Shown: piece after piece, positions 27,510 to 40,849 of the stretch | Layout: the number at the start of each line of letters is the position of its first letter | Numbering within the stretch: position 1 is the stretch's first letter | NCBI GenBank assembly: GCA_951406725.2 | Contig: OX597823.1 | Location: 102,176,001-102,240,000 of the forward strand | Direction: 5' to 3' | DNA: 64,000 bases | Origin: Octopus vulgaris | Taxonomy: Eukaryota | Notes under the pieces: generated by a model | What the model saw: the letters and a program-made list of their open reading frames with translations, nothing else | Databases searched by the model: none | What the model was told of the DNA's origin: nothing | Program-made: the position numbers and the translations under genes

Positions 27510-30088
27510 ATGGAGTTGTTCAATATTAACGCCTCCATTAAGGATATCCCAATACCACCGAAAAAAGCCTTCCTTAAGGAAATTATTAACAAGACCAATG
27601 CATTTATCATCCGCATCAGATGGCTCGCCTTCTTCCACGACAATGAGGACCTAAAACGGACCAGTAACGACGTCTCCCTTGAATATAAAAAACTATTTAA
27701 ATCGAGGGGAACTCCTCCACCTAATCCTAGATTGAAGAAATTCGAAGATGATCTTTGGGACATCGTAAAGAATATTAAATTTCATAAATCACCCCTCAGG
27801 AATAAGCACCTCAGATACCTCGATAACATCTCTAGAGATATAAACAGCTTGGATTCTATCCTGGTCCAATCGGATAAAACCGGCAACATCTATAAGCTTA
27901 CCAAGAGCCATTATTTGGAACTGCTCGAAAAGGTGATACATAAGAATTACAGGACCACCAGTAGGAATACTCCCAGACAGGCCAACTTAGAAACTAAACA
28001 GATTATGGAAACTTACGGATTACAGATGAAGACGGAACCATTGAACCCTAGGCAACCCAGATTCATCTTAAAAGCCCACAAGCATAACTTTCATACTAAC
28101 TCAGCATTGCGGCTCATATGCCCTTCCAGTTCAGACATCGGTACCCTTAGTAAATACATATTAGATAAGTATATCCCTACATTAATTAATACATTAAAAC
28201 TTAGCTTATGGTCCAGTTCTGTTCAAGTCGTAGATTGGTTTACTTCTATTACTGATAAGGCCAACACTAAATTTATCCGATTCGATATATCTAGTTTCTA
28301 TTCTTCAATCAACCCTATTATACTTAATAATGCCCTATGGCACGCACACAATAAGGCAGGCCTCTCCAGGGAGGAAATTAGTGTGATATTGACTGCTAGG
28401 AAATCTTTCATCCAGTTCGATAGCAAGTTGTGGGTCCGTAGAGATACCCCTAATGCGTTTGATGTACTAATGGGAAGTACAGACAGCGCCCAGATAGCCG
28501 ATTTGGTCGGGATTTATATTCTTTATGAAATGGCCGACCAATTCCCGGACATCTGTGGAGGTCTTTATCGCGACGATTGTCTGCTTTTCCTCCAAAACGT
28601 TTCGAACCAAAAAATACAGAAGGTTAAGAACAGATTAGTTAGGTTTTTTAGTAGAATGGGCTTGCGCATAGTTTTTGACGATGAATTAACCATAGCCAAC
28701 TTCTTAGACATTACCCTCAATTTGCAGAATAACTCATACTTCCCTTATCATAAACCTTCCACAAATCTTAAATATATTAGCATTTTCAGTAATCATGCCA
28801 GGCCAATTACCGATAATTTAGTTAAAAACATATCTCTGAGACTGTCCAAATGTCGACATCTTTAACCAAAAGGCAGACTTCTATAACGCCGCCTTGTTAA
28901 GAGCCGGTTATAAGGAGAAAGTGTTATACATCGACTCAGCTCATTCTAAACCAACATCTGCTTCTCCAGATAGTAAAGTTACTCGTAATAGGAATAATGA
29001 TTCCAATTCTAATAGTGCCAGCAACCCTGTACATAAAATAAATTCTTTACGGATTAGGGGAGATAAGCGCCATGCAACCCCAAATTTCCAACCCAGAAAT
29101 TTTCCTCTTACTATCACAAATAACACTAAAAACAATTCAAACCACAAAAAACTGTATTTGGTTCGTAATACCTTTCGGAAAACAAATTAAATCGAACCTT
29201 CTCTTACAGTTCCGTGAAGCCGTTGCTAAGAACTTTCCCAGAAATTCTAGATATCATTCTATTATCAATTCCCACAAGGTCAGAATCGCTTTCTCTAACA
29301 CTAGGAATCTTTCACAAATTATAGCTTCCCACAATACCAAGCTGCTAAACAAAGATTCTTCACCCGGGAGTTCCAACACTAATCTTGATAATTCCAACCC
29401 ATCATACAATCATAATAATAGGAATAGTATTAATAGTAACAGCATTGGTAGCAGCGAAAGTGTTAACAATGATAATATTAATAATAGTATTAGTCGTGTT
29501 AATAACAATGGTAGTGTTGATGGTAACAACAATAACGGTATTATTGTCGGTGGTATTACTGGTTGTAGTACCATTAATAATACTAATAATAATAATAGAA
29601 ATAGTGTAGTTGTTAGCGCTAATAATAATAGTAACAACAATCATAACAATAAAAACTTCGTTTCGATCTCGGAGGACAACCCCAACAGAATTAAATTTTT
29701 GTCTAGTAATTCTAAGATTAAAAATACTATTTACCAGTGTAGAATTTCTTCCGGTACCGATGTCTTCTTCTGTATAGGAGCGTCCACTTCCCAGTTATCC
29801 AAGAGAATTTCAAACCATTATTCAACATTCAGGGATAGTAAAAAACGACATAGTACAGGGCTAAGTAAATTAGTTTGGCGTCTTAAAGACAACAATATAA
29901 ATTACAAGTTAGAATGGTTCATACTGTCTGTATCCTTTCCTTTTGATAAGGGCAGGAGATGTTGTAACATTTGTAACTCTGAACTCTTCCATATTCTTTT
30001 CTCTAAGGTTCCCCTAGTAAACACACTCATAGAAAAATCATACAAATGTAAACACTGGCAGAAACATACTTTCTACTCATATAAATGA
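27510..30088 (+). pseudogene. PLE reverse transcriptase-GIY-YIG polyprotein with two frameshifts
   Basis: RT motifs FIRFDISSFYSSI, MGSTDSAQIADLVG, LYRDD, FLDITLNL..YHKP; frameshifts near 28850 (LSK/NVDIFNQ) and near 29150 (A run); endonuclease TIYQC..FCIGAST..KRISNH..STGLSK..W..CCNICNSE..C.H. Confidence 0.9.
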
Positions 30089-30347
30089 TAACGATAGCCA
30101 CTGTGGTTTGAACAATTAGCTTTACGTCCACCCCAACTTCTATAGAGAAATTCTTTCCTAAGCCTTCGAACATTCTTTCCCTCTCCACTTGTTCCCTACC
30201 TATTATTCCTTTAACCCTTCTCTTCCTACTATCTATCTTTGACGTCAATTCTTCTAACGGTTTATTTAAAAAAAACACTCATTATCGCTTTGTTTACCAT
30301 GTAGGCAGTCATCGAAATTTTTGTTTGTCTTGTTGTCGAGAGAGGCT

Positions 30348-30440
30348 CCTTTCTTTCCTGATGAGAAGATTGCATAATGCACCCTTTATTCCTTTGGAAT
30401 GAAAACATGTTGTCTTCGAAACATATGTCGAGAGTAAAGG
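30348..30440 (+). ncRNA. Type I hammerhead ribozyme in the 3' pseudo-LTR
   Basis: Same sequence as 27166-27258; predicted cleavage after C30429. Confidence 0.85.
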
Positions 30441-30529
30441 AATTTTGTTAACATCTTCGTGAATTTGCTACCCAGGTTTCGGTTAAATGAATTTTCCATG
30501 CTGACGATAAATATAGGATAATTCATTCA

Positions 30530-30614
<85 letters not shown>

Positions 30615-30615
30615 G

Positions 30616-31014
30616 GGGGGGGTTCAAATCAAAATAATTCCTTTGTGGAGAATTTTAATCATTTTATAGAGTTTCGTAGTGGTGGGGAGGAACAAGACAG
30701 CACAAGAGGGTTAGGTGGATGAGGAGAAAGTGAGAGAGAGAACATGTGTGTATGTGTATGTGTGTGTGTGTGTGTGTGTGCGCGCGCGCGTTTGTATCTG
30801 AGGCGAGTGCTAAAGAGAAAGAGGGGAAGGGAGAGGGAAGAAGAAGGAAAGAATTTCCTTTGGTCTGCTGGACAGAACACCGACTCCAAGGGGTTCTAAG
30901 AATTTCAGCTTTGACCACTTCAGTGTCACTAAGTGTGCGGTGGCGGGGAGGTAGGCCATAAATTACACCTCCTTTTATCTGGGGTTTAAGAATTCCTTCC
31001 ACTTTTTATGATCG

Positions 31015-31053
<39 letters not shown>

Positions 31054-31409
31054 TTTGTGTGTGTGTTTGAGTGTGTGTGTGTGTGTGTGTGCGTGTGTGT
31101 GTGTGTGCGTGTGTGTGTGTCTGTGTGTTTGGAGAAGGGGAGAGAGACAAAAAGAGAAAAGGGAAAAGAAAAATAAAGGAGGAAGGGGAAAAAAATTGTG
31201 TTGATATTTATACCACTACATATATATACACACAGACTTATACATGAAATATTTGAAAAAAAACCTTTTATCGGTTCAAAATGAACAACTAAATTACACC
31301 ATCTTGAAAATTGTATTGTAAAGTTAAAATTGTAAAGTTAAAATTAAAGTGACAATTAAAAAGTAAAGATGGAAGTAAATTATAAAAATAATATAATGTA
31401 TATAACAGG

Positions 31410-31456
<47 letters not shown>

Positions 31457-32305
31457 TATATATACATATACAGACATATACTAAATGTTCTACTATATTA
31501 GATTGTAAATCGAAATATGTGTCCTTCAATGTCACTATATATATATATATATATATATATACATGCTTACACATGAAATATTAGAAAAAAACCACCTTCT
31601 ATCGATTCAAAATGAACAATCAAATTACACCATCTTGAAAATTGCATATCATAGGAAGGTTAAAATTAGAATGACAATTGGCAAGTAAAGATCAAGTAAA
31701 TTACAAAAACAATATAATGTATATAACAGGTAATATATATATACACACACCTATATATATATATACACATATTAAATGTTCGACTATATTATATTGTAAA
31801 TCGAAAGATTTGTCCTTCAATGTATGATGAGTAAAGTTTCAGCCATTTAATTTGGGGGAGAACTTAGCTATGAACTATTTTTCCATATTCCTCCTGAAAG
31901 AGGTGTCGTTCTTCGGACATTTGTAGAAGGGAAAGATCATAAATTTTCCTTCTCCACATGTAGCTAGGTGTGTGCTTAGTGGTATTTTGCGTAGTTCTTC
32001 CTGCCGAATATGTTGTCGGTGAATCCTGGCTCGCTGGCACAAAGAATTACCAGTTTCACCTACGTAATTCTCCTTGCACGTAGGGCAGGTTATGCAGTAT
32101 ATAACGTTCTACGTCTTGCAGTTCATATCTGCATTTACTTTGAATATGTCACCACATACACATACACATACACACATGTTCTCTCTCTCACTTTCCCCTC
32201 ATCCACCTCACCCTCTTGTGCTGTCTTGTTCCTCCCCACCACTACGAAACTCTATAAAATGATTCAAATTCCCCACAAAGGAATTATTTTGATTTAAAAA
32301 CCCCA
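30616..32305 (-). mobile_element. Truncated Penelope-like element (Neptune/Poseidon-type endonuclease) with inverted terminal duplication
   Basis: Inverted repeats about 30616-30765 and about 32153-32305; minus-strand GIY-YIG at 31839-32144; internal direct duplication about 31238-31532 / 31566-31823. Confidence 0.75.
31839..32144 (-). pseudogene. GIY-YIG endonuclease relic (2 internal stops)
   Basis: FKVNADMNCKT*NVIYCITCPTCKENYVGETGNSLCQRARIHRQHI..PLSTHL..RRNMEK*FIAKFSPKLNG*. Confidence 0.85.
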
Positions 32306-32409
32306 CTAGAATGGTAGAAAGCGCTAATGATCTAAGTGATATGATATATATGTAAAAAAATGTAATATATAAATAAATATCTGTAAATATAAACCATCCG
32401 ATCTTCTGA

Positions 32410-32499
32410 TTACCTCATTTCTTCTAATATATAATACCTGTACATCATCTCCAAACCTTCCAATAGATATATATATATATATATATCATCTCCAAACCT

Positions 32500-32575
<76 letters not shown>

Positions 32576-33187
32576 AGGTTTGGAGATGATGTACAGGTAT
32601 TATATATTAGAAGAAATGAGGTAAGGCCCTAATCAGTACCAATATTGCTAGAAATAAGAGTCAAAACTACTCAATAGCCACAGAAGCACTATATCTGTGA
32701 CTAACAAGGGAGGCAAGCTCCCTACAGCAGCAGACATAGCCAGATCATCGATGATTTCCCATTTTGATGCCTACACATCTTAATGCTTATCCGCTGGCTC
32801 TTACTGCACTTAGGGCTAAACCCAGCTCGCCTTGTCAGCTTTTAAGATTTCCATTGGAATCATTTACTGATTTCATCGATAATTGGCTATATCTGCTGTC
32901 ATAGGGAATTTACCTCCCTTGTCAGTCATTAAAATAGTGCGTCTGTGGCTAATGAGTTGTTTTGACTCTTATTTCTAGCAATACTGGTACTGATTAGGGC
33001 CTTTTACCACTTTAGCACTTTAGTGACTTATATATTTCGGCATTTAGGTTATAAAACCGCCAATTAGACAGCCATATCATTTATAATTTTCACTTTTAAC
33101 CTTATGTGAAATCAATGTATGATTTCAACAGAAATCTTATAAGTTGACAAGGCGAACTGAATTTAACCCCAGGCGCAGTAAGAGCCA
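32410..33187. repeat. Cluster of three inverted-repeat pairs (A-A', interleaved B-C-B'-C')
   Basis: A 32410-32465/32569-32624 perfect around (TA)n; B 32623-32754/32873-33003; C 32795-32863/33119-33187. Confidence 0.8.
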
Positions 33188-33190
33188 CCG

Positions 33191-33249
<59 letters not shown>

Positions 33250-33874
33250 ACTCCGACAACTTGACAACCGGTGTTAATTTGTTTACGTCTCTGTAACTTT
33301 GCGACTCGGCTAAAGAGACCGATAGCCTGTCAAGGCGGTGCCCCAGCACGGCCGCAGAGTGATGACTAAAACAAATGCAAGACAAAAGATCTTTCCTTTT
33401 CCGCGTTTTTTGTTATTTATTCACTCATTTATTTATTTCTATTTGTTCAGAATACAACATCATCCATGTTATCGATACAGATATATTTTCAATATTGATT
33501 TTGTTTAGTCAGTATGCTTACAGATTGCCATTGTGTAAACAATAGTAATTATGTATTGATATTCTATCCCCCTCGACAAACATACAATTGCATATATGCT
33601 TGCTATAACAATGTACATCAGAAGAGAAACATTGAGACAATGAGCGTTAATACAAACGTTATATGCCATAGGCCGTCAACACAGCCGACATTGACAATCA
33701 TACCCAAAGGGCTTAAAGGCATGTTTAATGCTCACTTATAAAATATAGGCTTCATACCATGCTGCTTATTAAAAAAAACATATATATCTGTCTAATGTAA
33801 CGATGGATTTTTCAGGTGTCTGTGTGTGTGTGTGTGTGTTTGTGGGTGTGGTATACACACACACACACACGCAT

Positions 33875-34140
<266 letters not shown>

Positions 34141-34179
34141 AACTTAGTTGGAAAAGGATGCGTGGCGTTCGATCATATA

Positions 34180-34446
34180 ATAATCTAAATAATATATAAA
34201 TATATGCATATATACATACATATATGTACATACCTATATATATATGTATATATACATGCATATATGGGTACAGGACATCAAAAAAAACGTGGAACACAAT
34301 GAGAAACGAAAACATAAAAACAAAAACATAGAAACGAACTTTTTCAAACAACGAAAAAACGAAAGAAACAGAGAAACAAGACATACAACACAAGGAATAT
34401 TCCCCTTCTTCAGTTGTCCCTGTTTCATCTACTCCGCGTTTCGACA
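34180..34446 (-). mobile_element. Non-coding interspersed repeat (PLE pseudo-LTR-like, split HHR motif family)
   Basis: Shares gtacaggac..gagaaacgaaaac..cacaagga..ccttcwtcag..tttcga with the 42530-43100, 45098-45371 and 51290-52060 repeats. Confidence 0.7.
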
Positions 34447-34614
34447 TATATATATATAGAGATAGATAGATAGATACAGATATATACACACACATACTTG
34501 CTCACATACATATACATACATGTGTGTGCGTGTGTGTGTTATTGTGTGTGACATTGTTGAATTGTAATGGCTTATTGTTGTCGTGTGTATGTTTCAAGTA
34601 TAATTGAAAAGGCT

Positions 34615-36260
34615 GTTACAGAAATAGTCAACGTTTAAAGTTCGTGGCTGGAAAGTTTCATAACATTGGTTAACGTTCTCTTCTTAAATCGGAGGTCAGT
34701 CGTGTAAAGCAAGACAGGTGACAGGTGATTGTCGACACAAATCTACCTGAGGTGTTCAGTAAATCATTTGGCTTTATCTCTGGCCAGTTTATCCACTTCA
34801 AGCTGATGCACATAATGTGTAGTTTAAGCAACGTATGAGGTTCTTGTCACCACTGATGAAACAGTCAGATACGGAAGGAGTGATTTTTAGGTCTGCATGT
34901 GTGGTGGTGTTGGTGAAAAAGCAATAAGTCTAATAACAAGGACAGAAACAGCGAGAAAATCCAGATTGGCTACGTATATTTGAGAGAAGAATTATGGAAT
35001 AATAAAATCCCGTAGACTGCAAACACGCTTATAAGGAGAAGCAGATTGGAGAAGTGCTGAGAAGCAGAGGGATCAGATTGGAGGACAGGGAAATGTCATA
35101 CGATTTTGCACTGGAGAAGCAGGGCGCAGGAATTGAGGAGGTGGGGGGAGAAATTAACCAGTTTTGATACCGATACGGATGAAAGAATAATTGTGCGATT
35201 GACTTCAAGGATGCGGGTGAGGGCAGCTTAGACTAGGGTGGGGGTATCTTGTTATTTGTGTTGTGCAAGGAACTATAACATGCATTGAAACTGTGTCATG
35301 ATCGTAGCTACAGAGACGGTGGAGCCGAAGGAATTGGGAGCAGAGGGTTGCAAGCGGAAACTATTGGATATCTGGGGCTGTTAGGTTTATGGGACTTGGT
35401 GGAGATTCGGGTAGTGCAGACGATGAAAGTGGACGTGATGGGAAGGGGGGAACGAGGGTGAGATGAGTTAAAGTTGATGTTGATGTTTAAGTAGAAGTCA
35501 GTAGATTTGTAGGAGATAGCAGTAGCACTTGGAATGGTCGAGGGTAACAAATGTCAAGGATGCTGACACAAGTAAGGGGGATGGGGGAGAGAATACAAGA
35601 GTGGAACAGAAAGAGTTGATAAAAGAAATGGAGTTTATTTGTTCAATGGAAAGAGAAGTGGCATCGATATAGTCATCTGTAACTGCTGTATAGGTTTGTC
35701 GCGGGTTCAGTGAACTGTAAGAATATGTGTTTCAACGTAGCCAACAAACAAATGGCTGTATAGTGACGGTCTTACTCTAGACCGCGTAGCTACTCCAGTG
35801 GCCTATTGTTGATCTCACGGAAAAAGGAGAGCACTTGAGTGAGGACGAATTCGTTAAGGGTTAGGTATAAAGCTCCAGAATGGAGCGGTGTTCAAGAAGG
35901 TTTAATAGCGCAGAAACCAACATTGGAAAGGGTGATGATACACAGAGATCTTATGACCACAATGAATTGCCAGGAGGAACAAATAAGTAAGCGGAAAGAG
36001 TTAAAGAGGTGGAGAGCGTGGAGAGCGTGGAGAGCGTGGCTGGTGCCAAAGGTTTGGGAGAGAAGGGTAGCATCCAAAGGAAAAAGAATGCGGTCGAAGT
36101 ACTTCGGAAATGACTTAGGTAGGAGAGTTGCAAGTAGAGACGATTGGATAGCCGGGGCTGTTAGGTTTATGGGGCTTGGTGAAGATTCAGGGAGTGCAGA
36201 CGATGAAGGTTGACGTGATGGGAATGGGAGGAACGAGGATGAGATGAGTTAAAGATGTTG
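34615..36260 (-). pseudogene. Old, highly degenerate Neptune-like PLE (RT plus GIY-YIG), partly rearranged
   Basis: Remnants on minus strand: HKPNSP..PIVS (twice), RSLCII (motif A-like), GVA..HLFVGYVE, a decayed motif C, YKR..LRD, Cys-linker relic, TG.R..FTEHLR, QPRTLNVD. Confidence 0.6.
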
Positions 36261-36675
36261 ATAGCGACGTGGAATCGAAAGATATTAGGCAATAGAAGAG
36301 TTACATCTTTTACCCTATATGAACTTTTCAAGTAAACAGCAAGCGTGTAGCATGAAACATTTGTTTCGAATCTAATGTAATACATGCTAATATTGTTCTC
36401 TGTGTCTTATCTCTGTCTGCAATACTTTAATAGTGGCATCTAGTTTATATGAAATGCTAGTTATAACTAGCATTGCATATGTGTATATGTATGCGAGTAT
36501 ATATATATATATATGTGTGCGTGTGTGCATAAATATATGTTGATAGATAGATATAATTATACATATCCATAAGTATATATGCATACACACATATATTGTG
36601 CATATACTTATATATAAACATAAGTATACATGTATGCCTGTATATAGATATGTGTGTGTGTCTGTGTGTCTGTGT

Positions 36676-36755
<80 letters not shown>

Positions 36756-37303
36756 GTGTGTGTGTCCGTGCGTGCTCGCGCGTCGTTTAGCTTTCCTTCA
36801 GCAAGTTGTCTATGCGAAAAATACACGTCGCATGTGTGGATCTTATGAAGGTCAATAACGAAAGAGGAGGAGCGAAGGGTGTTGTGTTGTGTCCTTGATG
36901 CTAACTATCACGTTGTTTTATAGCTTCGGCAGAATTTAGGCCAAGAACTGCAACATGAACTCATAGGCACACACACACACACACACAATACTCAACGACA
37001 AATACCCATAAACACACGTACACGAGTACACGTAGAGGTAAACAAAAGAATGTACCAAAATGTGCGTAAATATAAACACGTGTCAGTCTGAAAGGTCAAA
37101 ATTCCGAGTATTCCTTTAGAAAAATCGAAAGATTAAATAAATGTTGAGATAATGTAACACTGTTTAAATAATGAACTGTCCCTCGGTGTTGTTTTAGGGG
37201 TAACTTCAGAGCAAGAGTCAACGTTCTGTCCCTTAGTTGAAATTTTGAAAAGGGCAGGCTGAGCAGCAAGGAGAGGAAATGCAATGTAGTGAGAAATGCA
37301 GAG

Positions 37304-37369
<66 letters not shown>

Positions 37370-37731
37370 ATGTATGGATGGATGGATGGATGGATGGATG
37401 GATGGATGTACGTACGTATGTATGCATGCATGCATGTATATGTATGCGTATTTTCTCTCTAACTACGGACCAAGAGTGTGAAGAGACATAAAATTTCGTG
37501 GAGAGAGAGAGAGAGGGGTGGGGCAGAAAGTTGGAAAGATAAATGAACTGAAATACCCACAGGAGAAAAGAGGTAGGTGTGTGTGTGTGTGTGTGTGCCC
37601 GCGCATGTATAAACAGTTGTGGGACATTCAATTTATCTATCTACACACGCACACACACACACACACATACATTAATATTTCTCCTTCAGGGAAATTTAGA
37701 AATTATAACATTTCTATTTATGTATATATAT

Positions 37732-38115
37732 GCAGGAGTGGCTGTGTGGTAAGTAGCTTGCTAACCAACCACATGGTTCCGGGTTCAGTCCCACTGCGTG
37801 GCATCTTGGGCAAGTGTCTTCTGCTATAGCCCCGGGCCGACCAATGCCTTGTGAGTGGATTTGGTAGACGGAAACTGAAAGAAGCCTGTCGTATATATGT
37901 ATATATATGTGTGTGTGTGTGTGTGTATGTGTTTGTGTGTCTGTATTTGTCCCCCTAGCATTGCTTGACAACCGATGCTGGTGTGTTTACGTCCCCTTCA
38001 CCTAGCGGTTCGGCAAAAGAGACCGATAGAATAAGTACTCGGCTTACAAAGAATAAGTCCCGGTGCTCCAGCATGGCCGCAGTCAAATGACTGAAACAAG
38101 TAAAAGAGTAAAAGA

Positions 38116-38117
<2 letters not shown>
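37732..38117 (+). mobile_element. SINE family B, full length
   Basis: ggagtggctgtgtggtaagtagc..gggttcagtcccactgcg..(taaaagag)2 tail. Confidence 0.88.
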
Positions 38118-38153
<36 letters not shown>

Positions 38154-38207
38154 GAAATATTAAAATTACTAAGTCTCTCTAAAAGAGATTACGGCAGCGT
38201 TACTGGA

Positions 38208-38481
38208 AATTAATAGTTATCGCCATACTAATATGGCAGTCTTATAAATATAAGACTAAAGCTGTCGCTGATTAGCTCCATGAGGTCATTGCCTTAAGCT
38301 AGCTATTTGACACACTGTCTGACTGGCAGGATGAAGCGGCTGACCTCCCTTGTTCGAAGGTTTAAAATGGACTCAGTTTGTGTGTCAAATAGCTAGCTTA
38401 AGGCGATGGCCTCATGGAGCTAATCAGCGACAGCTTTAGTCTTATATTTATAAGACTGCCATATTAATATGGCGATAACTA

Positions 38482-38487
<6 letters not shown>
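38208..38487. repeat. 108-bp-arm palindrome between (TA)n tracts
   Basis: 38208-38315 is the reverse complement of 38380-38487 with about 3 mismatches; 64-bp spacer. Confidence 0.88.
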
Positions 38488-38533
<46 letters not shown>

Positions 38534-38625
38534 AAAAGAAGAAAGTGGAGAAATTGACATATAGATATTGATTTATTGAAACCAATCCAATTTCGAACAA
38601 TATCAGACTCACAGAACCTACACAC

Positions 38626-38763
<138 letters not shown>

Positions 38764-39246
38764 ATGTGTGTATGTGTGTGTGTGTGATATACACATACCG
38801 ACATGAGCGAGAGCGTTTCTTTTACTTACGGGTAGTGTTCATGGCTTTTGCACCCCCTTCGAGACCTATCATATTGATGGCTTTAATGTTCGTCTTGAAC
38901 TTCACTAAGTCAATACTTAAGTAAGTGAGGAACACCAGAGGGACGATGTTCTGCGAAGGAAAGACGCGATGTAGTTATTAGTGTGTGGTGGGGGAGCACT
39001 GGGGTGGGATTGGGCACTACTGCGGTGATGAGACAAGAGACGAAGAGAAAGGGAGGGAAAGAGAGAGACAGACAGAAGCATAGACAGACAAGTAGAAGAC
39101 ACTTTGACAGAGATAGACAGACGTACAGACGTACAGACGGACAGTCAGACGGGCAGAGGGGAGAGGCAATGTTACAGAGAAATAAGGAGACAGATTTATA
39201 GAAAGATAGAAAGAGAGCGAGAGTAGAAGAAAGAGAACAGAATTGC

Positions 39247-39278
<32 letters not shown>

Positions 39279-39443
39279 CTGTTGTGTAACCCTTGCTCAG
39301 TCTTGATCAGGTAATCCCATGATTCGCCTTTCTTTCTCACTCTTTCTCTCTCTCTCTTTCTCTTTCTCTCTCTCTCTTTCTCTCTCTCTCTTTCTCTCTC
39401 TCTCTGGGTCTTTAGTTCTAGACTCAACTTCCATTTAACTGTG

Positions 39444-39494
<51 letters not shown>

Positions 39495-40787
39495 AGTCTG
39501 ATTTGGCTTTGTCAAGGAAGTGAGAAGTCAGATCACCTTAATTACTGCTTAATTGGACACGCTGAACTGACGACAGTCATTAGAGCGTCGAAGAGAAACA
39601 CCTTGCAGGATTTGCTCCACTCTGGCCAAAACCAACTTTCTTTTTCATCTTACAAGGAATAAGGTACCAATAAATAGCTTGGAGGTATTCCTTCTCTTTC
39701 TCTCCCTCCTCACTCTCTCTCTCCTTCTCTCTATTTTTCCCTCTCACTCTCTCTGTCTTTCTAACTATCTCTCTCTTTCTCTCTTTCTCTTAGACCCCAA
39801 GCTAGAGAAGAAGTGATGCCACTGCAGATTATTTATGCACAAAAACCCTGATTCTGTCGGCGAAAACCTACGAAACAATAACTCTAAACGTCCTTCTCTC
39901 CCACTTTATTCTTCTTGTTGTTGTTGCTACTGCTGCTGCTGTTTAGCCCTTGGACATCACCGATTCAGCGTACAAATTAACAAACTCATTCTAGACGTGA
40001 ATATTCCTTTATATTTACTATATCTATGATTACATTGTCCAATGTGTTCTTGCCATTCTAAAACAGCGGGAGGTATGCTCTGAAGAAGATTCGGCTAATA
40101 TTTCTAGCAAGCCGGCCCGAGAGAGCCTTATAATGGAAAGTGTCTGGTACTTGAAAACCTCATCATTCTGATTATTGATGTTTTATCATAATTAGCTTCA
40201 CATTAATAATGTAAAAGACATTGAGCGCCATACTTTGGAAATTGGTCCCCGACGGAGACTGCAGATACAGGACAATAAATGTTATTGATGTTGTTGTTGT
40301 TGGTGGTGGTGGTGGTGGTGATGGGGGGGGTGTTCTGATATCGACAATCCTGTGACCGTAGTCATGCGATTATTGTTATTTACTTGCGCTTGTCTCAGCT
40401 TTTATCATTGTTGTTGCTGCTGTTCAATGGGACAGAGAGAGGGGGGAAGAGCGAGAAGGGGAAGAGGGAGAGAGAAAGAGGGAAAGAAAGCGGGAGAGAG
40501 AGGGATGAGGACAGACAGACAGAGACAGACAGAGGGAGTAAACATGTCACTGACAGATAATGCAGAGTTATCAAGTGTTGACCTAGTTCCGATAGGAAGA
40601 TCCTGTTTGTACTATGGGTGGGGGTAGGGGGAATGAGTCTATCTGTACCTACTACATTCGTACGCTACTATATATAAGTGTGAGAATTTTTGTTTGCATA
40701 CATATTTATGCCACCAAAACACATGCACATACACATTCATAAACGCACACACACTCATACACACGCACGTGTGTTTGTGTGTGTGTG

Positions 40788-40849
<62 letters not shown>

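Larger units (their letters stand above)
26892..30534 (+). mobile_element. Near full-length Penelope-like retroelement with direct pseudo-LTRs, inserted in (TA)n
   Basis: Direct repeats 26892-27454 and 30074-30534 (the 5' copy begins with the last codons of the ORF, the partial-tandem structure typical of PLEs); RT plus GIY-YIG between them; (TA)n on both sides. Confidence 0.92.

Noticed and set aside
27510-30088. Programmed frameshifting or selenocysteine recoding in the PLE ORF
   Set aside because: The first break removes conserved residues (a deletion), the second is in an A run, and no in-frame TGA replaces a conserved Cys; simple decay or sequence error is more parsimonious.
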